Assembly: GCA_963817385.1 (NCBI GenBank) | Contig: CAWFOM010000016.1 | Location: 32,001 to 96,000 of the forward strand | Length of the DNA stretch: 64,000 nt | Reading direction: 5' to 3' | Origin: an uncultured delta proteobacterium | Lineage (GTDB): Bacteria; Desulfobacterota; Syntrophia; Syntrophales; UBA5619 | Shown: piece after piece, positions 10,151 to 19,860 of the stretch | How the letters are laid out: each line of letters starts with the position of its first letter | Position numbering within the stretch: position 1 is the stretch's first letter | Position numbers and translations under genes: made by a program | The notes under the pieces: model-generated | Seen by the model: the letters and a program-made list of their open reading frames with translations, nothing else | What the model was told of the DNA's origin: nothing | The model's database searches: none

Positions 10151-11452
10151 ATGAGTTTCAGTTCGTTCAAGTTTCACCCGCAGATTGCCGCCGGCGTCAA
10201 GGCGCTCGGCTACACCGATCCGACCCCGATCCAGGTCCAGGCGATCCCGCCGGTCCTGGCGGGCAAAGACGTCATGGGTTTGGCCCAGACAGGAACGGGC
10301 AAGACGGCGGCCTTCGTGCTGCCGATCCTGGAGCGTCTCCTCCCGGGGTCCCGCGGCAAGCTTCGCTGCCTGATCATCGCCCCCACCCGGGAGCTGGCGG
10401 AGCAGATCCACGTCGCCATCGGCGATATGGGTCAGAAGACGCACCTCAAGAGCTGCACTGTTTACGGCGGCGTGAACATCAATCCGCAGATCACTACGCT
10501 CAAGGCCGGTGTCGATATCGTCGTCGCCTGCCCCGGCCGGCTCCTCGACCACATGACCCAGAAGACGATCAACCTGGCGGCCCTCGAAGTCCTCGTCATC
10601 GACGAGGCGGACCGCATGTTCGACATGGGCTTTCTCCCGGATATCCGGCGGATCGTCAAGCAATTGCCCGCGAAGCGCCAGACCCTCATGTTTTCCGCCA
10701 CGATGGCCGAAGACATCCGGAAGCTTACCCAGGAGGTGCTGTGCAATCCCGTTACGGTCCGGGTCGGCCACGCGGCGCCCGTCAACTCCGTCTCCCATGC
10801 CCTCTATCCCGTCGAGCAGCACCTGAAGACGAACCTCCTCATGGAGATTCTGAAACAGACCGATACGGAATCGATTCTCATCTTCACGCGGACGAAGCAC
10901 CGGGCCAAGCGCATCGGCCAGCAGCTCGAAAAGGCCGGTTACCGGGCGGCTTCCCTTCAGGGAAATCTCTCCCAGAACAAGCGCCAGGATGCCCTCGACG
11001 GCTTCCGCGACGGTTCGTACCAGATTCTCGTGGCGACGGACATCGCGGCCCGGGGCATCGACGTCTCCAGCATCTCCCATGTGATCAACTACGACATCCC
11101 CGATACGACGGATGCCTATACCCACCGCATCGGCAGAACGGGGCGCGCAGCCAAGACCGGCGACGCCTTCACCTTCGTCTGTCACGAGGATGAGCCCCTG
11201 ATCCGGAACATCGAGCACGTTCTGGGCGCGAGGATCGAGCGGCGCCTGCTCAAGGATTTCGATTACAAGAAGGCCGCGCCGGCCAGGGATGTTGAGTTCG
11301 CCCGGCCGCCCCGGGAGCCACGGGGCCGCCGGCCCCAGGCGCCGTCGAAAAAGGCCGCCCCGCGGACGCCCGCGCGTAAGGCGACGCACACCCGGCGGGA
11401 CCTGTCCCGTTTCCCCTCCCGGACCGCCACCACACGCCGAACTAGCGCATAA
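10151..11452 (+). CDS. rhlE: DEAD-box RNA helicase (RhlE-like)
   Basis: PTPIQ Q motif, AQTGTGKT, PTRELA, DEAD, SAT, ARGID, HRIGRTGRA; basic C-terminal tail. Confidence 0.9.
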   Translation: MSFSSFKFHPQIAAGVKALGYTDPTPIQVQAIPPVLAGKDVMGLAQTGTGKTAAFVLPILERLLPGSRGKLRCLIIAPTRELAEQIHVAIGDMGQKTHLKSCTVYGGVNINPQITTLKAGVDIVVACPGRLLDHMTQKTINLAALEVLVIDEADRMFDMGFLPDIRRIVKQLPAKRQTLMFSATMAEDIRKLTQEVLCNPVTVRVGHAAPVNSVSHALYPVEQHLKTNLLMEILKQTDTESILIFTRTKHRAKRIGQQLEKAGYRAASLQGNLSQNKRQDALDGFRDGSYQILVATDIAARGIDVSSISHVINYDIPDTTDAYTHRIGRTGRAAKTGDAFTFVCHEDEPLIRNIEHVLGARIERRLLKDFDYKKAAPARDVEFARPPREPRGRRPQAPSKKAAPRTPARKATHTRRDLSRFPSRTATTRRTSA

Positions 11453-11646
11453 AGCGTATCCCTCAACCCGGCTCCGGAAAACGGCGCCTGTCCCCGGGCA
11501 AGACCTCGAACGGGTCCGGCAGCGCACCAACTCCGTACCTTCCACAGCGGATTTACTCCGCCATCCTGGATATGATGGGGATAGACAGCGGCGAACCGAA
11601 GAGAATCCACTCTCTTGTGTTGAGAGGGATTCTCTTCGTGCTTTGG

Positions 11647-12645
11647 CTATGACGCTTGGTTGATGGCCGAAAGCTGCCAGGGATAATTCCCCACGGGCCG
11701 CGTAAAGGTCCAGTATTCGTCGAATTTAACCGGATCGGTCTTGCTGCCCGCCAGCACCTGGCCCGATGCCTCGTCAACCGTGTAGTCCAGCAGATTAGCG
11801 CGGAAGCGGACGGTGATAAAATCCTTCCCGGCCTCCTGCCAGACCTCTGTGATGTCCACCGTCCGGATGGCGATATTTTCAAGGCGGTTGATCTGTTTTT
11901 TCTTTTTCAGATCGTCGGCGTCCTGCTGAATGATTCCGAACATCTCGTCGGTGAAAGAGGTGCGGATCATCGACAGATCGCGGTTCGCCCAGGCGCCCTG
12001 GACCTTGAAGAAATTGTCCATGCACTGATCCTTGAAGCGCTGCTCGTCGAAAGCGGGATCCATCTGCCGGATGTGGGCTAACCCGGAGTCCATATCACTC
12101 TGGATGAGCTGCTGGTCGCCATAGGCAGGCGCAGCGGGCAGAGATCCGTAGGATGTCGGCTGCTGAGGTTCCGACGCTTCACGGTAGTATGCCGGGCCTG
12201 CCGTCGCCGCCGCTTCCCGCCGCTTCTTTTTGATGAACCACCAAATCCCATAGAGGATCAAGCCGATTAGCGCGATTTCGAACAGGCCGATCCCGCCGCC
12301 GCCGACACCACCAACACCTCCGCCGGCATTGCCCATGCCCCGGAAGAGCATTCCGCCGAGCATGCCGCCCAGGATACCGCCAGCCAGTCCGCCGGCCATG
12401 TTTCTCAGGAAGCCGCCGCTCTGTGGCTGACTCATGGGCGGCGACGGTGAGGGGCCGACCTGCCGTGACGGGCTGGTTGCACTTCCCGAAGGTGAACTCG
12501 GCGACGAATAGGATCGCGAGCCCCTGCTGCCGGAAGACCTGCCGCCGCCCGCCCGGGCGAAAGCATCAATCTCCAGGACATATAACAACAAAAAGAACAG
12601 ACTGAAGATCACCAATCCATTTCTTGCCCACTTTCTCGATAACAT
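11647..12645 (-). CDS. Tim44-like domain membrane protein
   Basis: Signal peptide, ARAGGGRSSGSRG, Gly-rich TM region, C-terminal FDEYWTFTR...WQLSAINQ. Confidence 0.88.
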   Translation of the reverse strand: MLSRKWARNGLVIFSLFFLLLYVLEIDAFARAGGGRSSGSRGSRSYSSPSSPSGSATSPSRQVGPSPSPPMSQPQSGGFLRNMAGGLAGGILGGMLGGMLFRGMGNAGGGVGGVGGGGIGLFEIALIGLILYGIWWFIKKKRREAAATAGPAYYREASEPQQPTSYGSLPAAPAYGDQQLIQSDMDSGLAHIRQMDPAFDEQRFKDQCMDNFFKVQGAWANRDLSMIRTSFTDEMFGIIQQDADDLKKKKQINRLENIAIRTVDITEVWQEAGKDFITVRFRANLLDYTVDEASGQVLAGSKTDPVKFDEYWTFTRPVGNYPWQLSAINQAS

Positions 12646-12776
12646 ACGTTCCTCCTTCTAATCGTTATGAGATGTATTTTGTGACGAATTTTTGTGCGTT
12701 ACGCCTGATGCTCCGCACAAAACCTGAAGCTGGTTACGCCAGCGACAATCGTAATAATATCTGTTCGATTGTTGAA

Positions 12777-13082
12777 CTAAGACCTGACCGGGGGGGCCTT
12801 ATTGGGATAGATATAGCCTATTGGAGAAGCGATGAAGATGGTTGTGTTCTCATGGATGGCGGAATTTAATAAAAGAAAAACCGCCGCCACGTCAAGAGAG
12901 GCGACCGTTACCGCCGGGGCGGAATCGATCTTGTTTTTACTCATGGTTCCGGAGTTGGTGGTTTTTACCTTGCAGATGGAACGGGAGGTCCGCAAAAACT
13001 TGTTGTCCTGGTAATGGAAGGCAACAGCACAGATGGCTAAGAAAAAACCGGCCACAGATAGTAGAACGATTCTTTTGATCAT
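12777..13082 (-). CDS. Small exported protein, possibly a DUF2946-like leader ending NKAPP
   Basis: Hydrophobic N-terminus, degenerate (S)RSICK, C-terminal KAPP. Confidence 0.4.
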   Translation of the reverse strand: MIKRIVLLSVAGFFLAICAVAFHYQDNKFLRTSRSICKVKTTNSGTMSKNKIDSAPAVTVASLDVAAVFLLLNSAIHENTTIFIASPIGYIYPNKAPPVRS

Positions 13083-13197
13083 ACGGTAATGTATAGCACT
13101 ATTTTTGCCATGCTGCCTCGGTAATTTTAACTTTAGTTGTGTTATACAATCTATTTCAAAGGACTGTCAAGGGCTATCATTTTATCTTTTCTTGATC

Positions 13198-14142
13198 TTA
13201 ACCCGTAACCCTCCGGGAAACGATACATTCGGAAAACATGGTGGGAAGGGGTGCGCGGATGATCATCTCCTGTTTTGTTCGAGGGTGCCGAAAGACCATC
13301 TTGGCATTGTGCAAAGCTGCCCGCGGCAGAATCAGGAGCTTTTCGATTTCAGGGGTGAACCCATGCTTAACAAAGGTGAGAAATGCGGTTTCGTCTTTTC
13401 CATATAGCTTATCGCCGACGATGGGAAAACCCGCGGAGAGAAGATGGGCGCGAATCTGATGCAACCTCCCGGTTTCGGGAAAACACCGGACCAGCGAAAT
13501 ATCGCCGGCGGCGAGCACTTTCCTGAATCTTGTCCTGGCCCGTTCCGTTCCGCCGCTCCATGCCTTGCGTTTCTTTTTCACCGCAGAGGCGGCATCCGGT
13601 CCCAGGGGCAGGTCTACGATCATCTCGCGGTCGGGGAAATTCCCGTGCACAAGGGCGAGATACTCCTTGGATCCGCGCGAAATCGAATCGGACAGAGCCT
13701 TCACGCTTTGAGCATCAAAGGCGAGGAGAATGACCCCCGAAGTTTCGCGATCGAGACGATGCACCGGATAGAGTTTGCGTCCGTAACGGTTTTCAAGCAA
13801 AGAAACGAGCGTATTGTTGAAATACCGCCCCGCGGGGTGCACCGGTAAATTTCCGGTTTTATCTACCGCAACAAACCATTCATCCTCAAAGAGCAGTTTA
13901 ATGCCCCCATCGACCGATGGTTCCACGATCCCGCTTCCGTCGTAAGCGAGAATATCGCCGCCTTTCAGATCTGCCGCGGGATTGCGGGCAACCTCACCAT
14001 TGAGGGACACCTTTCCGCTCAGAATCTCATTTTTCCATTGATCCTGGGTGAAGTACGTGAATCGCCGGGCACAATAGCCGTCAAGATTCACCGTCCCTTG
14101 CAGAGGGGGAACCGTTGTTTTTATGATTCTCGTTCTCATCAT
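13198..14142 (-). CDS. RluA/RluD family pseudouridine synthase
   Basis: VHRLDRETSG catalytic motif, TGRLHQIRAH, PIVGDKLYG. Confidence 0.92.
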   Translation of the reverse strand: MMRTRIIKTTVPPLQGTVNLDGYCARRFTYFTQDQWKNEILSGKVSLNGEVARNPAADLKGGDILAYDGSGIVEPSVDGGIKLLFEDEWFVAVDKTGNLPVHPAGRYFNNTLVSLLENRYGRKLYPVHRLDRETSGVILLAFDAQSVKALSDSISRGSKEYLALVHGNFPDREMIVDLPLGPDAASAVKKKRKAWSGGTERARTRFRKVLAAGDISLVRCFPETGRLHQIRAHLLSAGFPIVGDKLYGKDETAFLTFVKHGFTPEIEKLLILPRAALHNAKMVFRHPRTKQEMIIRAPLPTMFSECIVSRRVTG

Positions 14143-14296
14143 GAATGCCGGCCGACTTTACCTTGTGCCGACGCATTTGTCAGGCTTTTTCTTTAGCGCG
14201 TGACAAAGCCGGGGGCATGATCCAGGAGGGCGGTTGACCGGGAGGACCTGGATACTGAGGGCCTAAGCGCTCCGGCAACATGATCAGAAAAAGACT

Positions 14297-14398
14297 CTAC
14301 TCCACAAACTTCCGCTTCGCCGCGAAATAGGCCAGGCTCATGTTCGGCAGCACCTCGGTGTGTGGGATGAGCAGATATCTCCACGGTTTGTTTGTCAT
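14297..14398 (-). pseudogene. C-terminal remnant of a type III restriction endonuclease (Res) subunit
   Basis: Translates MTNKPWRYLLIPHTEVLPNMSLAYF; KPWRYLLIPH resembles the Res C-terminus. Confidence 0.55.
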
Positions 14399-14407
14399 CT
14401 ATTATGC

Positions 14408-15319
14408 CTAGTGATCATTTTTCGTTCTTCCAAATAACCCTAAAGTTGTTGCCTCTAGCTCGTCAGCCTGCTTTTCCCATTCTTCTTGTGTTAAGTCTGG
14501 CAGGTTATCAAAATATTCAATTGCCGCTTGTACACTTTCGTCTTTATGGCTGATTTCCTCAAGAGTTACTTTTTCTCCTTTGTTCAGCAATGACGTGATC
14601 AGAGATACTTGATGAGCTTGTAAAAAACCTCCCACAGGCCCATTAAGACCATACTTAGAATCCAAATCGATTTTTTGCATACCAATAGGATATTTCAGGA
14701 GAAGGAGGGTAATGCTCTCAGTAACAACCGTTGTCATTAGTTCAGAATAAAGTGTAAGTGAGCTGTCTGAAAATTTATTAAAGTTTGCGAGATTCAGAGC
14801 CTGCGAGCTGTGACGATAACCTCTGGTATGGACATATTTATCGAGTACATCAAAAGTGCCAAATATTTTATTTATAAAACTATATTTTACATTAAACTGA
14901 CGAAAAGTAGGTAATTCGTTTAGTCTGCCTACAATCTGTCTTCTATTGGGAGTTTTTTCTTTAGAATGTATCCAAGATTGGACATCGATATGTTCTTGAT
15001 CGCGAACAGCAAAGTAAACTGTAAGCAGGCTAAGTTCAAGAACTGACCTGAGGGCAATTAATGCATAGTTATAGAAACCCTGTTTTACAAGTTCATAACT
15101 GTTCTCTAATTCGAAATAGGACTGAGTATAAGGAAAGTAATGACCTGATGCAATGTTGTCTAAAGTCTGCGGGATTAGATCGCCAATTTCGTGATACGCG
15201 CGCATGTGATTTGCTAGCATTTCATGCAATTCCGGGTGCGCTGCCAAATACGCGAGGGATTCGGCATAGGTTGCTTCGCATTTTGCGTGGTCATTAATAA
15301 TTAATTCCTTCCAACGCAT
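14408..15319 (-). CDS. AT-rich hypothetical protein with a HEPN-like signature
   Basis: 303-aa ORF with GFYNYALIALRSVLE and LDKYVH motifs; much more AT-rich than its flanks. Confidence 0.6.
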   Translation of the reverse strand: MRWKELIINDHAKCEATYAESLAYLAAHPELHEMLANHMRAYHEIGDLIPQTLDNIASGHYFPYTQSYFELENSYELVKQGFYNYALIALRSVLELSLLTVYFAVRDQEHIDVQSWIHSKEKTPNRRQIVGRLNELPTFRQFNVKYSFINKIFGTFDVLDKYVHTRGYRHSSQALNLANFNKFSDSSLTLYSELMTTVVTESITLLLLKYPIGMQKIDLDSKYGLNGPVGGFLQAHQVSLITSLLNKGEKVTLEEISHKDESVQAAIEYFDNLPDLTQEEWEKQADELEATTLGLFGRTKNDH

Positions 15320-15457
15320 ATATCCTCTCGGTTTTTAATTAAAAAAGATAATCCCGATTCAGGTTCCACGTAGCTCGCTGGAGCCTTCATGTCCGGTCTG
15401 ATGATTGCCAGGATTTTCTCCGAAGTTTCTTCCGAAGTTTTCTCCGAAGCTTACTCG

Positions 15458-16801
15458 TCAATCTTTACTAACCTCCCAGCGGCCCCCCTTATCCGGTCCG
15501 ATGCGCTTCAATTGTCCTTTCTTTTGCAGCTTCGTAAGATGATACTTGATCCCATCTGCTGTGATCCCGATCTGTGCAGCCAATTCTTTGCGGCTTATGA
15601 ACGGATTCGCGGCGATCTCGTCCAGGATTTTCTGGGTAGTTTTCTGGGTAGTCTTCTGGGTCCTCCCTTCTTCGGAAGAGCCCGGTTCGGCCGGTTTCCT
15701 CCAGAACCTCGCCACAAACAGCACGGTGCCCACTTCCTCGAACTCTGTTCGTGGCTCCCGCTCCAGGATCATCTTGATGCCGCGGCCCCATTTCTCGATC
15801 CGGTGGCTGCGCTGGAAAAGGTCCGCGAGCAGTTCGTTCCGCCGGACGGAGACCATCTTGTTGCGGATGTCCGAGACGGTCAGGCCGCCGTAGAGCAGCC
15901 CGGGGCTCCGGATTTCCAGCCGATCCTTGAAGATGGCGATGTTGACCGAATCGTACTCGCGATAATCCCGGTGACAGAAGGCGTTGATGATCGCTTCCCG
16001 GAAGGCTTCCGGATCGATCTCGGGAACATCCACGCGCAGCAGGCCGTTCAGCCGCATGCCGATGTTGATATGCTCCAGGATGTACTCTTCCGCCTTTTGG
16101 ATCAGGGTGAACACGTCACCGGTAAAGTCTTTCATGTCCAGCGTGACCGTCGTGTCGACGGCGCCGAAGGTGGCACACCGCAACCGGGCGTTGGGAAGGA
16201 ACTTTTCCGGCTTGCGGGCGAAGCAGAGGACGGCCGCATTCAATAGTTTGCCGTCTCTGATCAGGCCCAGCTTTTCGAGGGCGTTGGGGAGGGTGTCGTA
16301 TTTGAGGCCGCAGGTCTTCAGGAAGTTTTTCAGTTTGCCGCTGCTGATATCGTCAAGGATCGCCCGATCGCAGGTCTCCGTATCCCAGCGGAGATGATCG
16401 CGGTTCTTTTGCAGGATCAGGCATTCCAGGCCCTTGGCGCTCAACTGCCGGTCTTCGTCGCCTACCCGGACATAGGCCCGGCCGTACGCAAAATAGGGGG
16501 CGTCTTTCCCCTCCACCAGCACCCGGATGCAGGGCTTCTCGTCAACGATGACCTGCTCGACCGTCGGATAGATCTTGGGGTCGATATGCTCTGCGATCGC
16601 CCGGGAGACTTCCCGCAGGCTGGCTTCCGAGATGCTCTGGCCGACAGCCGTGCCCTCGTTCCTGATCCCGAACCAGAGTTCTCCCCGCTGATGTTTGTTC
16701 AGCATCGCCGCCAGGGAGATGATCCCCGCTTTCAACTCGCCGGTGGATCTCTTCAGTTCGATTTCTTCCGATTCGATCAGCCGCATGTCATGCCTTCGCA
16801 A
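15458..16801 (-). CDS. AlbA_2/Schlafen-like ATP-binding protein with HATPase_c_4 and C-terminal HTH
   Basis: ESEEIELKRS, AAMLNKHQRGELWFGI, REAIINAFCHRDY, RNELLA, EKWGRG, TQKT repeats, RIGPDKGGRW. Confidence 0.85.
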   Translation of the reverse strand: MRRHDMRLIESEEIELKRSTGELKAGIISLAAMLNKHQRGELWFGIRNEGTAVGQSISEASLREVSRAIAEHIDPKIYPTVEQVIVDEKPCIRVLVEGKDAPYFAYGRAYVRVGDEDRQLSAKGLECLILQKNRDHLRWDTETCDRAILDDISSGKLKNFLKTCGLKYDTLPNALEKLGLIRDGKLLNAAVLCFARKPEKFLPNARLRCATFGAVDTTVTLDMKDFTGDVFTLIQKAEEYILEHINIGMRLNGLLRVDVPEIDPEAFREAIINAFCHRDYREYDSVNIAIFKDRLEIRSPGLLYGGLTVSDIRNKMVSVRRNELLADLFQRSHRIEKWGRGIKMILEREPRTEFEEVGTVLFVARFWRKPAEPGSSEEGRTQKTTQKTTQKILDEIAANPFISRKELAAQIGITADGIKYHLTKLQKKGQLKRIGPDKGGRWEVSKD

Positions 16802-17016
16802 TGATATTGAACGGTGGCTGCAGGCAAACGCTAAAGAATTCAGGGTGGTTTGTTTGGGAAACGGTACCGAAAAACCGGGGAGATATCAAGGGAAAAACTA
16901 TTTTTTCTTTCCAATCCCTCCGCAAAAAGTTTCAGAACCTTGGAGCGAAGGAGGGGCGCTTATTCCCCTTTGGTTCAAGAATTTAAAGGGTCATATAGGA
17001 CGGGGGAACGGGTTCA

Positions 17017-17709
17017 TCAACCCATCTTGACGAGAGGGGGGAGCTTTCCGGCAAGTCCCACATGGCCGTCCTTGACGATCAGAACGCCGCTGATGCCCTC
17101 TATGGAGACCATGTGATTGAGGGCCGGCTCCACGTCGGCGACGGTCTTGACGAGATTGGCGGCCAGGGTCGCCGCGGCATCCGCAAGGGCTCCGTCTTTG
17201 GCGACTATGGTGGCCAGATCGCATTGCCCGAGGCTCAGCGAGTGGCCCATTTTCCCCGAGGACGAACAGATGGAAAGCGGGGTGTCGCACGCCTCCAGCG
17301 AAAACGCCAGCCGGCCGATCTGCCCCGATTCACCCGGATACAGGCCGATGATCACGGGTTCGACGGTCTGCAGATAGATGTCGCCTCCGTTATCCACGAT
17401 AACCTCCTCGGCGCCCGCCCTCAAAGCTGCCTCGGCCGCAAGCTGGGCCATGGCGCCGGCTACGGCAGCCATCGGTCCGACGCCCACTATGTCCGCAGCG
17501 CGGGCCATCCGTTTCGCCACTTCAGGCGCATCGGCGAGGATAGCCACGGGTTCGAGCGAATGCTGAAAATGGGGATGCCGCAGGATATAATTCTCCAGGA
17601 TCGCCCGTTGCCGGACGATCTCCTGCGTAACGGCACCAAACTGTTCGCAGCAGATACGGAGGAGCGCTTCTTTATGGACGAAGGTTCTATATACCCGTTT
17701 GCGGTTCAT
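17017..17709 (-). CDS. UPF0280/ApbE-like protein (COG2122-type, sulfur assimilation)
   Basis: GVGPMAAVAGA, VDNGGDI, ICSSSGKMGHSLSLG, ADAAAT. Confidence 0.88.
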   Translation of the reverse strand: MNRKRVYRTFVHKEALLRICCEQFGAVTQEIVRQRAILENYILRHPHFQHSLEPVAILADAPEVAKRMARAADIVGVGPMAAVAGAMAQLAAEAALRAGAEEVIVDNGGDIYLQTVEPVIIGLYPGESGQIGRLAFSLEACDTPLSICSSSGKMGHSLSLGQCDLATIVAKDGALADAAATLAANLVKTVADVEPALNHMVSIEGISGVLIVKDGHVGLAGKLPPLVKMG

Positions 17710-17742
17710 GGGCTGACGAAGCGGACCCGGTGAGGCGTTTCC

Positions 17743-18165
17743 TTAAAATGCCGATGTGCATGCGCCGAAGGGGCAGATGCGGATGCATGCCAGACATTCG
17801 ATGCACTCGGATTCGTTGTAAGCGACCTTTCGTGTGGCGCTGTTTTCGATTTTCAGCGCCCGCGGGGGGCAGTAAGGGACGCAGTAGCCGCAATGGGTGC
17901 AGCTCTCCTCGTCACGGATGACCCCCTTTCCGGAGTAATTGACAATGACGTTGAAGGTCTTTACAAAATCGATCCCGTCCTGGATCTCTTTCTCCGTGCC
18001 GGTGACGTCCAGGACAAGGTACCCTTCCTCCTCCGGCGTGACCTTCGCACGAAAGACATTGACGATCAGGTGATGGTCTTTGACAAGATGGTAGATGATC
18101 GGCTTGTCACATTCGCATTTGGGAAAGTAGAACATCAATTTTTTTGTCACGATTTCGTCGTTCAT
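17743..18165 (-). CDS. NIL-domain ferredoxin (MA1822-like)
   Basis: N-terminal NIL-like domain plus CTHCGYC/CIECLAC 2x[4Fe-4S] motifs; overlaps the upstream gene. Confidence 0.88.
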   Translation of the reverse strand: MNDEIVTKKLMFYFPKCECDKPIIYHLVKDHHLIVNVFRAKVTPEEEGYLVLDVTGTEKEIQDGIDFVKTFNVIVNYSGKGVIRDEESCTHCGYCVPYCPPRALKIENSATRKVAYNESECIECLACIRICPFGACTSAF

Positions 18166-19352
18166 CGGGGCGGCTCCCTTTTCACAAGCGGTTTCATTTT
18201 GGCGTCTTTCTTGAGAGGGGCAATCGGCGCTGCCAGCAGGAAATCGCCCCGCCGGATTTCATCCGCCAGCAGATTGGCAATTTCCAGGGCCTTGTAGTAC
18301 GAAGACAGAGAGCCGACCTCCACCGTCCGGCCGTCGACCTGGATCTGCCCGGAGCGCAGTTGCTCGTAGTTGACGTGGCCGATGACCTTGCCCGTATTTT
18401 GCGGATAATCGGTGCCGTAATCGACCACCGGGGCCAGAATATCCCGGTCGCGCACGCAGGCTCGTTTCAGAATTTCTTCATTGAGGATGGGGATGGGGAT
18501 TCCTATCCCCAGCGTCAGCGAAACCCCATATCCGATAAAGCTGACGCCCCGGACGAATTCCTTGCGCATCTGCTTCATGTCGCCGGTGAGCGCCAGCGTT
18601 CCCGCCCCGCCCATGGGCACGCCGTCCGGCGTTCTGCCGACTCCGCCGGCGTGCTGCGTTCCTTCCGCGTACACATGTCCCTGCGCGCCGGCCAGCCAGA
18701 CGCGCGTGCCTACGCCGATAGTATCGTAGTAGGGGTCGTTGAGCAGAGGCGACAGCTGGCCCGCAGAGCAGTAATTCGCGTTTTTCTGATGGGGTTCGAG
18801 CTTGCCCATGTACGTGTAAATCGTATGGTCCGAGCGGTTGATCGCCACATTGTAGTTCTGGTAGCAGTTGCGCGGGTTGACCATGATCGCCTGATTCAGG
18901 TCCTGGATGGTAAAGTAGGTGCGGATCTCCCGGAGCGGATAACAGTCCGTGCCGTAGGAGAGGGCAAAAAGCTGGAGGGTTTTCCCCGCCACGAGATCTT
19001 CCATCACATGGCCGCCGCCATACCGGAACTCGCCGGGCGGATACATGTTGGCAGGATCTCCGTGCCGAAGCTGCGTGCAGCCCAGATAGACGTCTACGGC
19101 GGCGAGGCCCGTATAGACGAGAACATCGGCGACCCACGCCTCGGACATGCGGATCTTCGGTTTGGAATGTCCGAAGTTCAAGAAGCAGCCGGACGAACAC
19201 ATCGGGCCGAACGTGGCGGTCGTGACGACATCCACCTCTTCGGCTGCGGCCTGGAGTCCTTTTTTGTCCACGTAATCCATGATCTCATCGGCCGTCAGCA
19301 CCACGGCTTTCCCGGATTCGATACGATCGTTGATCTGTTCATAGGTCTTCAT
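18162..19352 (-). CDS. Homocysteine biosynthesis protein (DUF39, aspartate-semialdehyde sulfurtransferase, MA1821-like, without CBS domains)
   Basis: VDVVTTATFGPMCSSG, YGGGHV, NPRNCYQNY, SPLLNDP. Confidence 0.9.
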   Translation of the reverse strand: MKTYEQINDRIESGKAVVLTADEIMDYVDKKGLQAAAEEVDVVTTATFGPMCSSGCFLNFGHSKPKIRMSEAWVADVLVYTGLAAVDVYLGCTQLRHGDPANMYPPGEFRYGGGHVMEDLVAGKTLQLFALSYGTDCYPLREIRTYFTIQDLNQAIMVNPRNCYQNYNVAINRSDHTIYTYMGKLEPHQKNANYCSAGQLSPLLNDPYYDTIGVGTRVWLAGAQGHVYAEGTQHAGGVGRTPDGVPMGGAGTLALTGDMKQMRKEFVRGVSFIGYGVSLTLGIGIPIPILNEEILKRACVRDRDILAPVVDYGTDYPQNTGKVIGHVNYEQLRSGQIQVDGRTVEVGSLSSYYKALEIANLLADEIRRGDFLLAAPIAPLKKDAKMKPLVKREPPR

Positions 19353-19627
19353 AGATTCATTTCCCGCCGGAAGATAGGATGGTTAACCCGTTTTGCGTGC
19401 ATTCCTGCACATCTTTATGCTTTTGTCAAGTCATGGGGTGTGAGGCCGGCCCCCTTAGCCTCTCTCAGTCAAAGCCAGTCTGACACCCAGCGACACGAAG
19501 ACCCCGGCAGTCAACCAGTCAAACCCACTTCGCACTCTTCGGTCTGGCGAGGATGAAGATGCCGATACTGCCGGAGTAATAACCGACGTTCGTGATGAAT
19601 CCTCGCTTGAACACGGCCGCATCCGGC

Positions 19628-19717
19628 CTATCGTCGGCAGCAGCCGTCCGTGACGAGAATACGGCAGTGAGGATTGAAGCCGGGAATATCGCCAACGGTC
19701 TGGTTGGCGATAACAGC
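19628..19717 (-). pseudogene. Degenerate IS91-family (HUH/Y2) transposase fragment
   Basis: AVIANQTVGDIPGFNPHCRILVTDGC* resembles the IS91 QTFGD..FNPHxH.LVTDG motif. Confidence 0.6.
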
Positions 19718-19729
19718 GTTGGAAAAGGG

Positions 19730-19809
19730 ATCGGCGACTTCACGGCGGGGCTATGCTCGCCCATCGGGCCATGCAGCAGGGAAAGGCCATGGCCGGTCGT
19801 CTCTTAGGG
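19730..19809 (+). repeat. Diverged copy of an internal lpdA segment (3233-3312)
   Basis: atcggcgac...ggcggggc.atgctcgcccatcg.gccatgcagcaggg.aaggcc.tggc.gg.cg.ctc aligns to lpdA. Confidence 0.8.
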
Positions 19810-19860
19810 AAGTGGAAAGGTTGTTACCGACAAATCTGTTGGAATCAGACTGATGGCCAC

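Noticed and set aside
19353..19500. Possible SAM riboswitch upstream of the homocysteine operon
   Set aside because: No S-box consensus seen, only a TTGACA promoter-like element
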